This document shows positions 28,581 through 41,931 of a stretch of 64,000 nucleotides of DNA, piece by piece. The position numbers were made by a program, and so were the translations under genes. The stretch is from the human T2T-CHM13v2.0 reference genome, Homo sapiens, in NCBI RefSeq assembly GCF_009914755.1, contig NC_060930.1; one strand, written 5' to 3'. A model generated the notes under the pieces. The model searched no databases. It saw only the letters and a program-made list of their open reading frames with translations, and was not told where the DNA came from. The stretch's first letter is position 1. Each line of letters opens with the position of its first letter.

Positions 28581-29249
28581 AACTTAAATGGACTTCAAAC
28601 TACTTTTAATATTTTTAATTAGTACAATAAAGTTTGAAGGAAACAGAAAATATAGTTAGTAAATGGCTTGAAATTTTATTTCTTTTCATCAGTAGTTTTG
28701 TGAATACCTTACCAGATGTCATGGTAGATTTGAAATTACTTTCAAAAAGGTTTCAATCTGTTGAGACTCAAAAATAATTTATAAATTATTTTCTATTAAT
28801 TATTTAACATTTAAACATTTTCTATTAATTATAATTATTTTCTATGAATCATAGTAGAAAACCCATATCAAGTTAACATCATGACATCATCTTCCATAAA
28901 GAAAACAGGACTTTAGATTAGATGATTTCTAATAACATTATCATCCATAAGATAATATGAATATACACTATTAGGCATTTTAATTATTCTAGATACAACA
29001 TCTTTAAAGTGAGTAGCATATAGTAAGTTGTGAAAAGTTAGAAGGTATTATTTTCAATCTTATTTGTATTAATACTTTTTAAAATGAGAAATGTACTTTC
29101 AGAATGGCCTTATTGATAAAATTATCCTCCTTTTGACATATTCTTAATTGGTATTATAGCTAATATCTTAAACTTACCTTGGAAGTACACATACTTTTAA
29201 TTATCTTTAAATAATGTGGGATCTTGAAATAGAGAAAATGAAAATAAAC

Positions 29250-29535
29250 CTTTTTTTTTTGTGGTGGAGTCTCACTCTGTCATCCAGGCTGGAGAGCAGT
29301 GGTGCGATCTCGGCTTGCTGCAACCTCTGCCTCTCAGGTTCAAGCTATTCTGCCTCAGCCTCCCGAGTAGCTGGGATTCCAGGTGCCCACCACCATGCCC
29401 AGCTAATTTTTGTATTTTTAGTAGAGATGGGTTTTCACCATATTGGTCTGGTCTTGAACTCCTGACCTGAAGTGATCTGCCTGCCTCAGCCTCCCAAAGT
29501 GTTGGGATTACAGGCTTGAACCACCGTGCCTCGCC
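29250..29535 (-). mobile_element. AluSx/Sz-type
   Basis: Full dimer; 15-bp TSD aaaatgaaaataaac at 29235-29249 and 29537-29551. Confidence 0.95.
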
Positions 29536-29551
29536 AAAAATGAAAATAAAC

Positions 29552-29698
29552 TTTTATTGAGCACATACCTTTTAATAGGTGCTGTTCTAGGTACTTTTAC
29601 ACATGCTTTCTCACAATAACCCATAGGTAGGTTGTTCATTGCCCCAGTTTTATACTAGAAACTAAATTTAGACCTGTAAAATTAAGTAATTTGAATCT
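29552..29698 (-). mobile_element. MIR fragment
   Basis: tttattgagcacatac..gtgctgttctaggtacttttacac..ctcacaataacccataggtagg. Confidence 0.7.
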
Positions 29699-29701
29699 GG
29701 G

Positions 29702-30058
29702 TGTCTAAGTCCATTCCCACTGCTAAAACAAAATACCACAGACTGAGTGATTTATATATAAGAGGAATTATTTCTCATAGTTCTAGAGGCTGGGAAGTTC
29801 AAGATCAAATCCAAGATTTGGCGTCTGATGAAGGCTCACTGTACTTTCAAGATGGTACCTTGATGCTGTGTCTTCACAGGGCGGAGAGTGGAAAGGCAAA
29901 GGATGCTTCCTTCAACCTCTTATAAGGTCACTAATCCCATTCATGAGAGTGGAGCCTCATAACTTTATCATCTCCTAAAAGTTTCCCCTCTTAATACATC
30001 ATATTGAAGTTTAAATTTCACCATAGGAATTTGTGGAGACATATTCAGGCCATAGAAT
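29702..30058 (-). mobile_element. MLT1A/MSTD-type MaLR LTR
   Basis: tgtctaagtccattc..aaaataccacagactgagtg..tttctcatagttctagaggctgggaagttcaagatc..cactaatcccattcatgag. Confidence 0.85.
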
Positions 30059-33000
30059 AGAGTATTTGAAATTATAAAAGTCAGACTTTTCTTTTCTTTT
30101 TTGATCTTTAGGCTGTTTTTTATCCTCAAAATACCATGGTTATATAAACATGGTATTGTATGTGCAATAGACTGAAGAAAATTTAAATGTCTTGTGGTTT
30201 TATAAAATTTATTGACCAGAGAGGAAAACCAATTATTTTTGATATTGTAATTTTGAAGGTAATGTTGTAATAGTTGCTTTGTAGTTTTTATTTTTCCAGA
30301 ACAGCAATGAAAGCTATCTGTATATAAGCTGTTTACCATACTCCCATTTCTATATTTATATATTGTATTCTACACATTTTAAAAGAAGACATAACTGACT
30401 AAAGCACAATTAACTTGGAGAATAGGAGCCTCTGTAGCCATATTTGAGTATTGTCAAAAGATACAGCATCCTATAGATCTTCTTTCTTATGTTTGAAATA
30501 CCTATGATCACATGTATTCGTTAGTGCTTTTCAAACCTGACTGATACTCACTATTCTAGAAAGATAATATTACCTTTCTTTTGTTCTCTGTTTCTAATTT
30601 GAATGTCTACATCATGTTTCTAGAAAGTTTGATTTGGTTGCTCTAGAACATAGCTCACAAATTGGAAAATAATTCATGCTCATTAGGAACACATTGACTT
30701 AAATCAACTTGTCAAGTCAGTTTAACGACATCAACTGCTATGATAGTTCCTGCCAGCATGTTTTAAATTGAGAACAAATAATCATACTATGAAGCAACAA
30801 TCTCTATTGACTAATCACACATAAACAGAGATTAGTGTTAATATAAAATAAAACTTCAATGTATGCCTTCTGAGACATTGAATAGGTCCAAGGTAATCTT
30901 AATGCTGCCTATTAATTAAGAATAAATGGTACATAGTATAGTATAAGTTTAGAAATGCTGTTTTATTCTCTGTAGTATATCCCTACTTCTTCTGAGAATA
31001 TTCCATTTTGAATAGGAAAAGAATGAAACTAGGGATCTATTCAGAAATTCTGCTCTTCAGATCAACGTGAAATAACAGGGACTGGAATTACCTTCCAACA
31101 TGAAAGAATTAAGAAAACAGAGAAATTACATGAAACAACCATTGTCAATACATTGGCTATGAAACAACTAAGAACAATGATCTATGGGAGATATAAAACA
31201 AAATATATAGGCTCTATGACTGTCCCAGCTTACTGCCTGGATAAAATTTTCAGACCCTAGAGCAACGAGGGGGATGACAGACAGTGCTCTGAAGTCCCCT
31301 GGGACAAGTAGACAGAGCTGAGATAAAGCAGAGATTAAGGTGGCTAGAGTTCCCCGAGAACCAGAAAATAGAGTGCTACATAGGGAGAGCATTTCAGAGA
31401 TCATGAGTCCTAGTTTCGTATTCCACTGAGTACTGATGAGCCAGCTCATGCATATGAAGAAACTACCTGAGTTGGGAAAGAGAACCACTCAAAGTAATTA
31501 AAGGGGAAAAATCCCCAGAACTCACACAAATAGGTAGAGATAAAAATTACATTTTCTGCGACTGAAAAAATCACTTATAGAATTACCAAAACATTAATTA
31601 TTGCTGAATAGAGAGTAGTCAACTTACAGAGACGGGAATAAAATCTGCTCAAAATGAAACACATTAAGAAAAAATGACTAAAATATTGACAGAGCAACAG
31701 TGAACTGTGGGACAACTTCAAGTAATAATTGGAGTATACTCCAAGTACACTCATATTTGGAATCCATGAAAGAGAAGAAAGAAATAAATGTTTGAAAAAT
31801 TAATGGACAAAAATGTTCCAAATTTCATGAAAACTACAATCTCACACATGTAAGAAATTCAATAAATTTTAATCACAAGAAACATGAAAAATACGCAAAG
31901 TCATATCATAGTCATAACATTCAAATTATAAACTAGTCATCTTGAAAAAAATCTTAAGAACAGCAAAGACACTTTATATACACAGAGAAGCAAAGATAAA
32001 GATGACAGCTGATTTGTCATCAGAGAGAATAAAAGTCAGATTTCAGTGATGCAATATCTGCAAGGTGCTAAAAGAAAAAAACAAACATGATTAAACAAAA
32101 CAAGAATTATTCACCTAATATCACCTAATAATAATAGCTTTCAAAATGAAGGTAAAAGAAACACTAATCAGACAGAAAATCTAAAGAATTGATAGCTATC
32201 AGATCTGTACTACAAGAAATATTAAACGAAGACCTTCAAGCATAAGAAAAACGGTACCAGAAAAAATCTGAATCTATACACAGAAAAGACCACTAGAATT
32301 GGTAACTACATGAATAAATATATAAGCTTTTTCCCTAATATTTGAGATATTTAAAAGATAATTGGCTGTTTAGACAGAAATAAAAACAACATTATATAGG
32401 GCTTATCACATATTCTGAAGCAAGATGCAAAACAACAGCACAAAGGCCAAGAAGAGGAAATTGAATTATACTGTTGTGAGATATATTATGCCTGCCACGG
32501 AACATAGACTGTGATAAATTAAAGATCAATAATATACAAACTAAAGTTTGTATCAATATAACCATTAATATAAAACAATGAAGTGTTACAACTAATAGAT
32601 CGGAAACAGAAGAAAAATGGAATCATAGTAAGATCAGAAAAGAAGTAGAAAAAAGGAAAAAAGAACAAATACAGATTGAACAAATTGAAAACAAACAGCA
32701 AAATGACAGACTTAAAATTCAATTATATAAAATAACATTAAATATAGGTGGCATATGCACACAAATTAAAAGGCAAAGAGTGTCAGAATGTGTAACAAAG
32801 AAAATCCTAACTATATGCTCCCTTCTAGAAATATCCACTTAAAATATAAAGACAAATAGCTTATAAGTGGAAGAATGGGAAAAGATATTTTATGTTAGCA
32901 GTAATCAAAAGGAAGCTAGAGTGGCTATATTAAAATTAGACAAATTAGGTTTCAAAATGAAGAAATTATCAGAGATAAGAAAGGTCATTTTATAATAATA

Positions 33001-33213
33001 AAAGCGGTCAATTCGCCTAGACGGCATAATTTAAATTTTTAACACACATGAGAGAAGTCCAATATACTTAAAACTAAAAATCGTAGAACTGCAATAAGAA
33101 ACAGACAAATCCATAATATTGGTTGGAGATGCCATCATCCTGGTCTCAATAACTGAAAGAACAAGTAGACAGAAAGTAAGTAAGCATATAGATGATTTGA
33201 ACAATGCTATTGT

Positions 33214-33231
33214 GTCCCATCTGGGTCGCCA
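33214..33231 (-). other. Retroviral primer-binding site (tRNA-Arg)
   Basis: TGGCGACCCAGATGGGAC lies 3 nt past the LTR end; it is the complement of GTCCCATCTGGGTCG-CCA, the 3' end of a human tRNA-Arg(CCG) as I recall it; ERV9 uses tRNA-Arg. Confidence 0.88.
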
Positions 33232-33234
33232 AAA

Positions 33235-33988
33235 TGTGTCCAAAATTGGTTCCTTCCGGTGGGTTCTTGGTCTCGCTGACTTCAAGAATGAAGCCGCAGA
33301 CCCTTGCAGTGAGTGTTACAGTTCGTTCTTAAAGATGGTGTGTCCGGAGTTTGTTCCTTCAGATATTCAGGTGTGTCTGGAGTTTCTTCCTCCAGTTGGT
33401 TCGTGGTCTTGCTGACTTCAGGAGTGAAGCCGCAGACCTCCTCAGTGAGTGTTACAGCTCTTAAAAGTGGCATGTCCAGAGTTGTTTGTTCCTCCTGGTG
33501 GGTTCGTGGTCTCGCTGACTTCAGGAGTGAAGCCGCAGACCTTCACAGTGAGTGTTACAGTTCATAAAGGTAGCGCAGACCCAAAGATGAGCAGCAGCAA
33601 GATTTATTGTGAAGAGCGAAAGAACAAAGCTTCCAGCGTGGAAGGGGACCCGAGTGGGTTGCTGCTCCTGGCTCAGCTGGCCAGCTTTTACTCCCTTATT
33701 TGGCCCCACCCACGTCCTGTTGATTGGCCCATCATGCATTTACAAACCTTTAGCTAGACACAGAGCGCTGATTGATGCGTTTTTACAGATTTCTGATTGG
33801 TGCGTTTACAAACCTTTAGCTAGACACAGAGCACTGATTGATGCGTTTTTACAGATTTCTGATTGGTGCGTTTACAAACCTTTAGCTAGACACAGAGCAC
33901 TGATTGGTGCATTTACAAACCTTTAGCTAGACAGAAAAGTTATCCAAGTCCCCACCCAACCCCGGACCCCAGCCGGCTTCACCTCTCA
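33235..33988 (-). mobile_element. LTR12 (ERV9) LTR, short form
   Basis: Minus strand begins TGAGAGGTGAAGCCGGCTGGG and ends GAAGGAACCAATTTTGGACACA; U3 CCAAT repeats at ~33735-33935; three U5 repeats gctgacttcaggagtgaagccgcagacc; 4-bp TSD ctat at 33207-33210 and 33989-33992. Confidence 0.96.
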
Positions 33989-35397
33989 CTATCAACAACT
34001 TGATTTGTTAAAATTTTCCGAACACTCCACCAACACCACCAGAATACATTTTAAGTATGGATACACTTTATCAGGAATGGAATTCAGCTTTTTGAAAGTC
34101 ATTGTTGAGAGAATAAAAAGATGAACTACAGACAAATGAAATATTTGCAAGACATATATCTGACAAAAGACATGTATCCAAAAGATATAAAGAACGCTGT
34201 AAATTCAACAATTACTAACAACACAGTAAAACATGGACAAAAGATTTAAACATACGCTTGACCAAAAAAGATAAACAGATACAAAAAGCACATGAAAAAA
34301 TGGTCAACATAAAACCAAATAATTTTCCTTGGCAAGTAGGTGGATGAACAAATTGTGACTTTTCATGAAATGGAATACTATTCACTAATAAAATGTAATG
34401 AAAAATGAATATCTACATTAACATGGATTAATTTCAGCCTAATTATGTTGATTCAAATAAGCCAGAATATAGTGTATTATTCCATTTATATGTTCATTAA
34501 GTAAAACCCTAACTGGTATATATTTGGTGGTAATATAAAGATCAGTGATAGCATACAGACTGGCATATGCCTTGGGCATGGAGAGGAATAGGAAGGATGG
34601 ATTACAATGCAGCACAAGGAAACTTTGAGAGGAGCTAGAAATGTTCATCATCTTCATTATGGAAGTGATTTCACAGATGTATATACATAAGTCAAAACCA
34701 AACAGTAGACTTTAAAAATGTATGATTTATTGTATGTCAATTATACCTAAGCAAAACTGATTTTAAAAATTGGCTTGGAAAACTCATGACTTAAAATCAG
34801 CACAGTAAGCAAGAAAATAAATATCTTCTTTTCTCTCTTCTTTCTTGTAAGACTCTTACCCAACAATGAAACAAATCCTGGGACCTTAAGATAGCTCTCA
34901 GCATAGTTTTATGCTCAGATCAATTTTGCTCAATCTGCCTTCCAGCTACAAAGGACCTGCTGCTTTGAAAACTTATCTTCCCCAGTCTTTTCTCCTACTA
35001 CAGATATCCTCATGAACAGGAAAATTATATTTGGTTGATGAAAGATGTTATCCTTATATCGAATAGGAAGTTTTGGATTTTAAAAGAAACACAATTGTGT
35101 GTGTGTATTTGTGTGTGTGTATGAGTGTGAATAAACTGTATATTTACTTTGGTTTGTAGTTTATGTGTGCATTTATTTGCTTTTTACAATCACAGTATAG
35201 AAAAGGAATTTGTACCTGGCTTTGAAAGAAACATAACTTTTAATGAGAGCTTGACACCCTTAAAATTCTTTGACTGGAAGGCAGCAGCTAAGAGTAAATT
35301 TTTTAAACCCATTCATGATTAGGGTGAATGTCTGCATTGTTATCTCATTCCCTTTGTCACTGTTTCCTGTTACAAAGTATACTTATAGTTAAGGAGC

Positions 35398-35532
35398 TAT
35401 CTTTGAAACCTTTGTTTATATAGACACATTCAAAGTAAGTTAGGAAAAATGAACTACCTATCTTTACTTATCTTTGAAATTTTTGTTTATATAGACATAT
35501 TCAAAGTAAGTCAGCAAAATGAATTGCCAATC
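35398..35532. repeat. Imperfect tandem duplication, period 71
   Basis: tatctttgaaacctttgtttatatagacacattcaaagtaagt at 35398 and tatctttgaaatttttgtttatatagacatattcaaagtaagt at 35469. Confidence 0.9.
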
Positions 35533-35833
35533 AGAAAATACTGCTCATAATCTACCAAAAATGTAGAAACAATCAAACATTGTTTTAAATAACTTTTAAT
35601 TTTAAGCATTTAATTTTATATTGACTTGCAGTTGTAATTTTTTGGCTTAAAAATACTCCAAATCTTACCAGAAATGAACTGGTTAATGTTATCAATTTAA
35701 GATCATCACATTAATGCGTTGATTGCGTTAAAAGAAAAATATCACCATTTAATTACTTTTGAATTATATCTAAAAGGTGATTATAGAACTGCATGTCCTT
35801 TGCGCCATATATGTATGTGCATGCCTATCTATA

Positions 35834-36132
35834 TTTTTCTCTTTTTTTTGAGACAGGGTTCCCCTTGGTCACCTAAGCTGGATTCCAGTGGCATGATCAC
35901 AGCTCACTGCAGCCTTGATGTTCCAGGCTCAAGTGATCCTCCCACCTCAGCCTCCTGAGTAGCTGGGACTACAGGTGTGTATCACCACGCCTGGATAATT
36001 TTAGTATTTTTTTTGGAAAGACAGGGTCTCTGTATGTTGCCCAGGCTGGTCTTGAACTCCTGGGCTCAAGTCATCTCCCTGCCTTGGCCTCCCAAAGCAT
36101 TGGGATTGCAGGCATGAGCTACAGTGCTAGAC
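35834..36132 (-). mobile_element. AluJ
   Basis: Dimeric Alu with J diagnostics (gatcacagctcactgcagccttg; ctcctgggctcaag). Confidence 0.92.
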
Positions 36133-36285
36133 TCCTTTTTAAAATATTATATTTTTCCTGTTATTTTTATCCATAACTTCACCTTCAAATCACTTTCTAG
36201 TTTACCTATAATTGACAGAATAAAATATAGCTATTTGAAGAGAAAGGTGAGGGAAGTAAAGTGATACAGATGTTAGCAATACAGA

Positions 36286-36593
<308 letters not shown>

Positions 36594-36594
36594 T

Positions 36595-37105
36595 GATACA
36601 GATATTTATGTGGGAAAAGGGCTTTCTTCCAGCAGAGGAAGTTGGCAGTGTAAGATTCTTAGGTACAGAGAGTGGCTTCATAATATTTGAGACACAACAA
36701 GGAGGTCAAGTGGCTGGAGTAGAGTCATTTAGAGAGAGCAGTGAGAGATCAGTCAGAGTGGCAGGGTGGGGGCAGATCATGAAAGGGTATAGCTTTTATT
36801 CCAAGATCATCTGTCTTATATTTTCAAAGCATTTCTCTGGCTGCTGTATTGAAATAACTAGCAAGAGGTGCAAGGGTCAAATTAGCAAGGCTAGTTAAGG
36901 GGTGTTGTAGAAATTCACAAGAGAAGGTGGTGGCTCACACCAATTAAACTTAAGTAGATTCTATGCTGAAGGTAGAACCAAAGTTGTTTACTCATCATAA
37001 ACGGGGCACAGAGGAGAGAAGCAAAGGGACTAAAATTTTAGGCTCAGCAATCCAAAAAAATGATGTAAAGATGTGTGTGAGGTAACCTTGTAGAAGAAAA
37101 TTAAG
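36595..37105 (-). mobile_element. L2 fragment
   Basis: caaggaggtcaagtggctggagtagag..ggggcagatcatgaaaggg..atttctctggctgctgtattgaa. Confidence 0.75.
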
Positions 37106-37109
37106 GGTA

Positions 37110-38790
37110 CCCCAAAAGATCACTATTGTTATTTGTAGTTACTCCCTGTTCGCAACCCCAGCCCAATAAATCATTAATCTACTTCCTGTGTCTGTAACTT
37201 TGCCTTTTCTGAAAGTTTTACATAAGTGGAATCATACAACATGTCTTTTTTATCTAACGTATTTTACTTAACAAGTTTTTGAGATTTTTCTATGCCGTAG
37301 CACGTATCAGTAGTACACTTCAGAATTGTATTTTATTGTTTATCCATTTGCTTATCCATTCATCAATTGATGGCTATTTAAAATGTTTCTACCTTTAACT
37401 ATTATGCATAATGCTACCATAGACATTTGTGTAGAAGTCTTTGTGTGGATATGTTTTCATTTTTCTTCTGTAACATCAGAGTGGAATTACAGGTTGTACG
37501 TTAAATTTATGCTTAAGAAATTGCCAAATTGTATACCAAATTATCTGTAACATGTTACATTACTACTAGTATTCTTTGAGTTCTAGTTTCTCCACATCCT
37601 CTCTAACACTGAAATCGTCTTTCTTATTATAGCCTTTCTACTAGATATGAAGTAGAATCTTACTGTGGTTTTTGTTTGTTTCTTTTTTGTTCTTTTTTGG
37701 TTTTTTAGAGACAAGGTCTTGCTCTGTCGCCCAGGCTGAAGTGCAGTTCAGCTTACCGCAGCCTTGATCTCCCTGGCTCAAGTAATCCTCTGGAGTAGCT
37801 GGGACTACAAGCATGCACCACCAACCCGGCTAATTTTTGAAGTTGTTTTTTTTTTCTTTGTAGAGACACACCATGTTGTCTAGGCTGGTCTTAAACTCTG
37901 GGGCTCAAGTGATCCGCCCTCCTCAGCCTCCCAAAGTGCTGAGATTACAGGCATTAGCAACCACACCCAGCCCTTACTGTGGTTTAAATTTGCATTACCT
38001 TAATTACTATGACTTGAGCATCTTTTAATGTATTAGCCCTTTATATATCTTTCATGAAATAACTATTGAAATCTTTTTCTATTTTTAATTGGGTTATTTG
38101 CCTTCAGATTATTGATTAGGAAGAATATTTTATGTATTCTGGGGACAAGTCCTTTATAATATGTTTTGTCAATATTTGCTATCATTCTATGGCCTATAAT
38201 TTCATTTTCTTATTGATGTCCTTTGATGTGCAAGTATTTTTAATTTTGGTGAAGTCCAATTTATCAGCTTTTCCTCTTATGGATTAGGCTTTTGATACTG
38301 CACTAAGAAATATTTTTCTAACTGGAAGTCACAAAGATTTTCTCTGGTTTTATCTAAAACTTTCATAGTTTTATGTGTAGGTCTATAATCCATTTTGAAT
38401 TAACTTTTCTATATGGTGTAAGTTAGGGGTTAAAATTCTCCCTTTTGCAATGATTTTCCAGTTGCTTTGATACCATTTTATGAACATACTATTTTTTCCC
38501 CAATAAGTTGTCTTGACATCTCTGTTGAAAATGAATGGACTATAAATGTAAAGGTTTATATCAGGATTCTCAATCTTGTTTCATTGATCTATATCTCACT
38601 TGTCATGTGTATCAAGCTATCTTGATTGCTATAGATTTATAGTAAGTTTTGAAATTAAGATGTAGAAGTCAGCCAGAGAACTTTGTTCTTCATTTTCAAG
38701 ATTGTTTTAGCTACTCTAAGCCTGCTAAAGTAAGACAGAGATTATATTGAATCCATAGATACATTTGGGAAGAAGTTGTTATTTTGTGCT
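37110..38790 (-). mobile_element. L1MB/ME-type 3' UTR plus ORF2 C-terminal region, interrupted by AluJ
   Basis: tttgccttttctgaaagttttacataagtggaatcatac; ttttggtgaagtccaatttatcag; attgaatccatagatacatttgggaagaa. Confidence 0.85.
37672..37972 (-). mobile_element. AluJ with small internal deletions
   Basis: J-type dimer; 13-bp TSD cttactgtggttt at 37659-37671 and 37973-37985. Confidence 0.92.
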
Positions 38791-39178
38791 GAAAGAGTAA
38801 TTTTGTCCATTCACTCATGGTTCCTTGTAAATTACTGAGATCTGAGTTTAACATATATTAAATTCTTAGAGGGTAAGGCTCATTCCAGAAACTGGATACC
38901 AATGGCAGCTGATACTTCCTAGAGTGAAGCATACTGCTTCCTGCTTTACAGAATTTATCAATTTTTCTCTGAGTTTATTCATAACTTCCATGAAGACTAC
39001 ATAACCTCCTTCATATGTCCAGAGGCGGACAGCTTGATATTTTCCATCATAATTTGAAATTAAGGTACCATCTCTAACCCTCTGATGATTTTCAAATATT
39101 ATGTAAAATACTAAGAGGTATCCTTGAAGCTAAAAAGATTTTATTTTCCTTTTCTTTGTTTTCTGTTTAAAAATCATA

Positions 39179-39502
39179 TAGTCATGTGACTCATAATAAA
39201 GTTTTGGTCAATGATTAACTTCATATATGACCATGGTCCAATAAGATTATATGTTTAGATACATGCATACTTAACATTGTGTTACAGTTGCCTACAGTCT
39301 TCAGCACAATAAAATGCTATGCAGGCTTACAGCCAGGGAGCAATAGCCTAGGCTACCAAATAGCCTAGGTATGTAGTAGGCTAGATGGTAGGCTATACCA
39401 TCTAGGTTTTGTCATTATACTCATTGATGCTTATACATTGAATAAATCACCTAAGGATGCATTTATTAGTATGTACCCCTGTCACTAAGTGATGCATGAC
39501 TG
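39179..39502 (+). mobile_element. Tigger3a (MER7A) DNA transposon
   Basis: tagtcatg...gcatgactg with TA flanks; ggtccaataagattat; tagcctaggtatgtagtaggcta. Confidence 0.9.
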
Positions 39503-41931
39503 TATTTAAGCAACTAGTTTTTTAAATATGATTGCTTCTTTTTAAACATATCTTCTTCCTCAGCAATGACTATTTTCCATAAGAAACAATCTGTTTACAC
39601 ATTCATTCCGTGAAATCTCTCCTACCTCCAAATAATTTGTATGTTTAATACATAAAAGAATGAATCAACACAAATAATTTTGTTTTTACAGAGTCAAAGA
39701 TCAAGATGGAAAAAAGGCATTATTCGTTTTATCTTTCTGTTTAAAGACCAAAACAGTGTAGACAGGTAAGGATTCCTTTAGTTTTGAAAGGACTCCAGAA
39801 AAGAAAATATATTACTTTGTTAAAAATAACAGAATAAAAAATATTTTTCATTAAAATACTGTGGGATTTTAACAATTTTATTTCTATATTGAACAATATT
39901 TTTAAACTGTATTTAATAGTGTACATGTGGGTCAGCACAAATTTTCTCCCACCACCTAAAAAAAAAAAAAGAAATGGCCAAAATCGTATAATTTTTAAAA
40001 ACCCAACAAAACTATTCATCTGTTCTAAGATCAAAAAGACTTTTACTGGACAGGCAATAGAGAAGCTCTGTTTTCTAACAATTATATTTTTCCAACCATG
40101 TGGATGAAGTAATAGGGAAGATGCTGTTTCAATTTCTCCATCTCCTTTGGAAGTGGTTCTTGAGTAGGAAAAAAAAATAAAGGAGTAGTACAGATAATTT
40201 ACTGGCTGGAACTTTCTTCCTGAGGAATATCAGACATTCCTCTCCATCTCCTGAGTGATTTCACATAAATTCAATTTGAGAGTTAATAAAGAAACACAAT
40301 AGAATGTGGGTTAGCCAGGTTCTTCTAGAAAGTTTTCTCTTCTAGTTGTACTACTTGAGAAGTAGTTTAATAAAGTTTATTCCAAACTACAAAATTTTCA
40401 ATCTCGTATCAAAAATTCTTATTTTTAGCTAAATAATTATTTAGATGGTAACTAATCTAATTCAAACTGCTTTCCCTAAGTTAATAATATACAGAGAATA
40501 GTAAAAATAATCATTATAACAACAGATTATTTTTATAAGTATATATGTATTTTATAAATATTGGAGGGTTGTGGTTTATAGTCAGAAACGCGACTGAAGA
40601 TACGATTTTGGTTCATATGATTTGGTTCATGGAGGTGTTGATTTATCCATGGTCTGTGGTCAAAGTCTGGCTTTAGCACATCGAGATGTACCATTTGAAA
40701 TGCCCACATCCATTGCAGAACTGAATAGTAGGAGATTCAAGCCTTACTTAGATTCTACATTATATCTATCATATTTCTTACTAAAAGTTGCTTTCTAGGA
40801 CATCCAACTATGAATGACCTTTATAATGCATATCCCAGAAAGGAATAATTTCATAGGCAATGTTCATACAATTTATAGTAATATTTCAACCAACAGACCC
40901 CTCTGAGTATGTTGGTATAATTTGGCTATTACAGCTTAGCCGGCTTTTTTCTCTTCAACACTTTATTTGTAAGAACTGTAACTACTGTACTTACAAAAGT
41001 CATACCCTTTCTCCCCTCAAAATATGCCCTCTTTATCTATTGTAGGATTCTTTTCACAAGCGAGCAAGAAACTGTAAATTGCAAAACAGCATCTCTTCTC
41101 CTTAGAAGAATTAGGTCCTTGGCAAAAATAAATAAACAAAATAATAAAATTCTCAAATTTAAAACATTTTAATGCCTGCTCGACAGTATTGGGCATTTTC
41201 TTTATCTAAAAAAAAAAAAAGAAAAAACACAAGAAATTCAAGTTGGAATAAGTGTAAAGAAAAGTTACAAACTCTGCTCTGTATCATTATAAGCAATATT
41301 AACTTTGTTATTGGATAAAGGATTTTGCCAAATTAGAAGGAAATTTTAAAATATTTTGTCCTTCAATTTTGGCACGTCTCTGAAAATAAAGTCATATTTT
41401 GAACAACAATCATCTTGGACAACTATTACTAATAGAGGGAGTATTCACAATGGGAAAATGTACAGGCTTGATTGAGATTCAGATTAGTGTGGGGAAAGTG
41501 AAGAAAACCTAATATGACATTACATGACTTTGGTACCAAAATCTTATCCTTCCATGCTTTTGAAATTTAGTGAGGTTTAATAATACAATCACCATAGCTA
41601 ATCAAGATCAATGTCATCTAGGGCATTGTAGCTCTAGACTAAATTACTTAGGTTTGGGAAAACATAATGCAGGGGAAGCAGATAGGGCTAGTTCAAACCC
41701 TATGCATAGAGTTGGGTTTCTAATAGATGGTGGAGACTGGAAGATGAGAGGAGTTAAATTAGTCATTTGAGGTACGTTGGTGGAGAAGGAATTCAGAGTG
41801 GAGGAACCAGATTCAGATTGAGAATATTTACACAAATTAAACCCATTGTAAAAAGTTAGACTTTATAAAGATATCTCCTTTTGATCTAGAAAATGTGACA
41901 TTTTTCATGTGTATTTAAGTTTCTCTCCATG

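Larger units (their letters stand above)
31030..34770 (+). mobile_element. Old L1 (L1MD/MC-type): 5' region, ORF1, ORF2 endonuclease, large deletion, then 3' end; interrupted by LTR12
   Basis: L1M 5' block (atgactgtcccagcttactgcctgga), ORF1-like cagtgaactgtgggacaacttcaag, endonuclease blocks (gctagagtggctatattaaaattagac; acaaatccataatattggttggagat); L1 sequence resumes cleanly after the LTR; 3' end tgtatgtcaattatacc. Confidence 0.85.

Noticed and set aside
33214-33231. tRNA-Arg-like sequence ending in CCA on the + strand
   Set aside because: Only 18 nt with no cloverleaf or A box; it is a retroviral PBS, not a tRNA gene.
33031-33926. Cluster of overlapping 60-105 aa ORFs, with similar clusters at 59105-59764 and 60470-61131
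   Set aside because: Spurious frames of the GC-richer LTR12 repeats; similar peptides recur in both LTR copies.
40600-40755. Short open frame containing LAHRD, like a kinase catalytic loop
   Set aside because: Followed by VPFEM rather than (L/I)KxxN, with no other kinase motifs or flanking splice sites.
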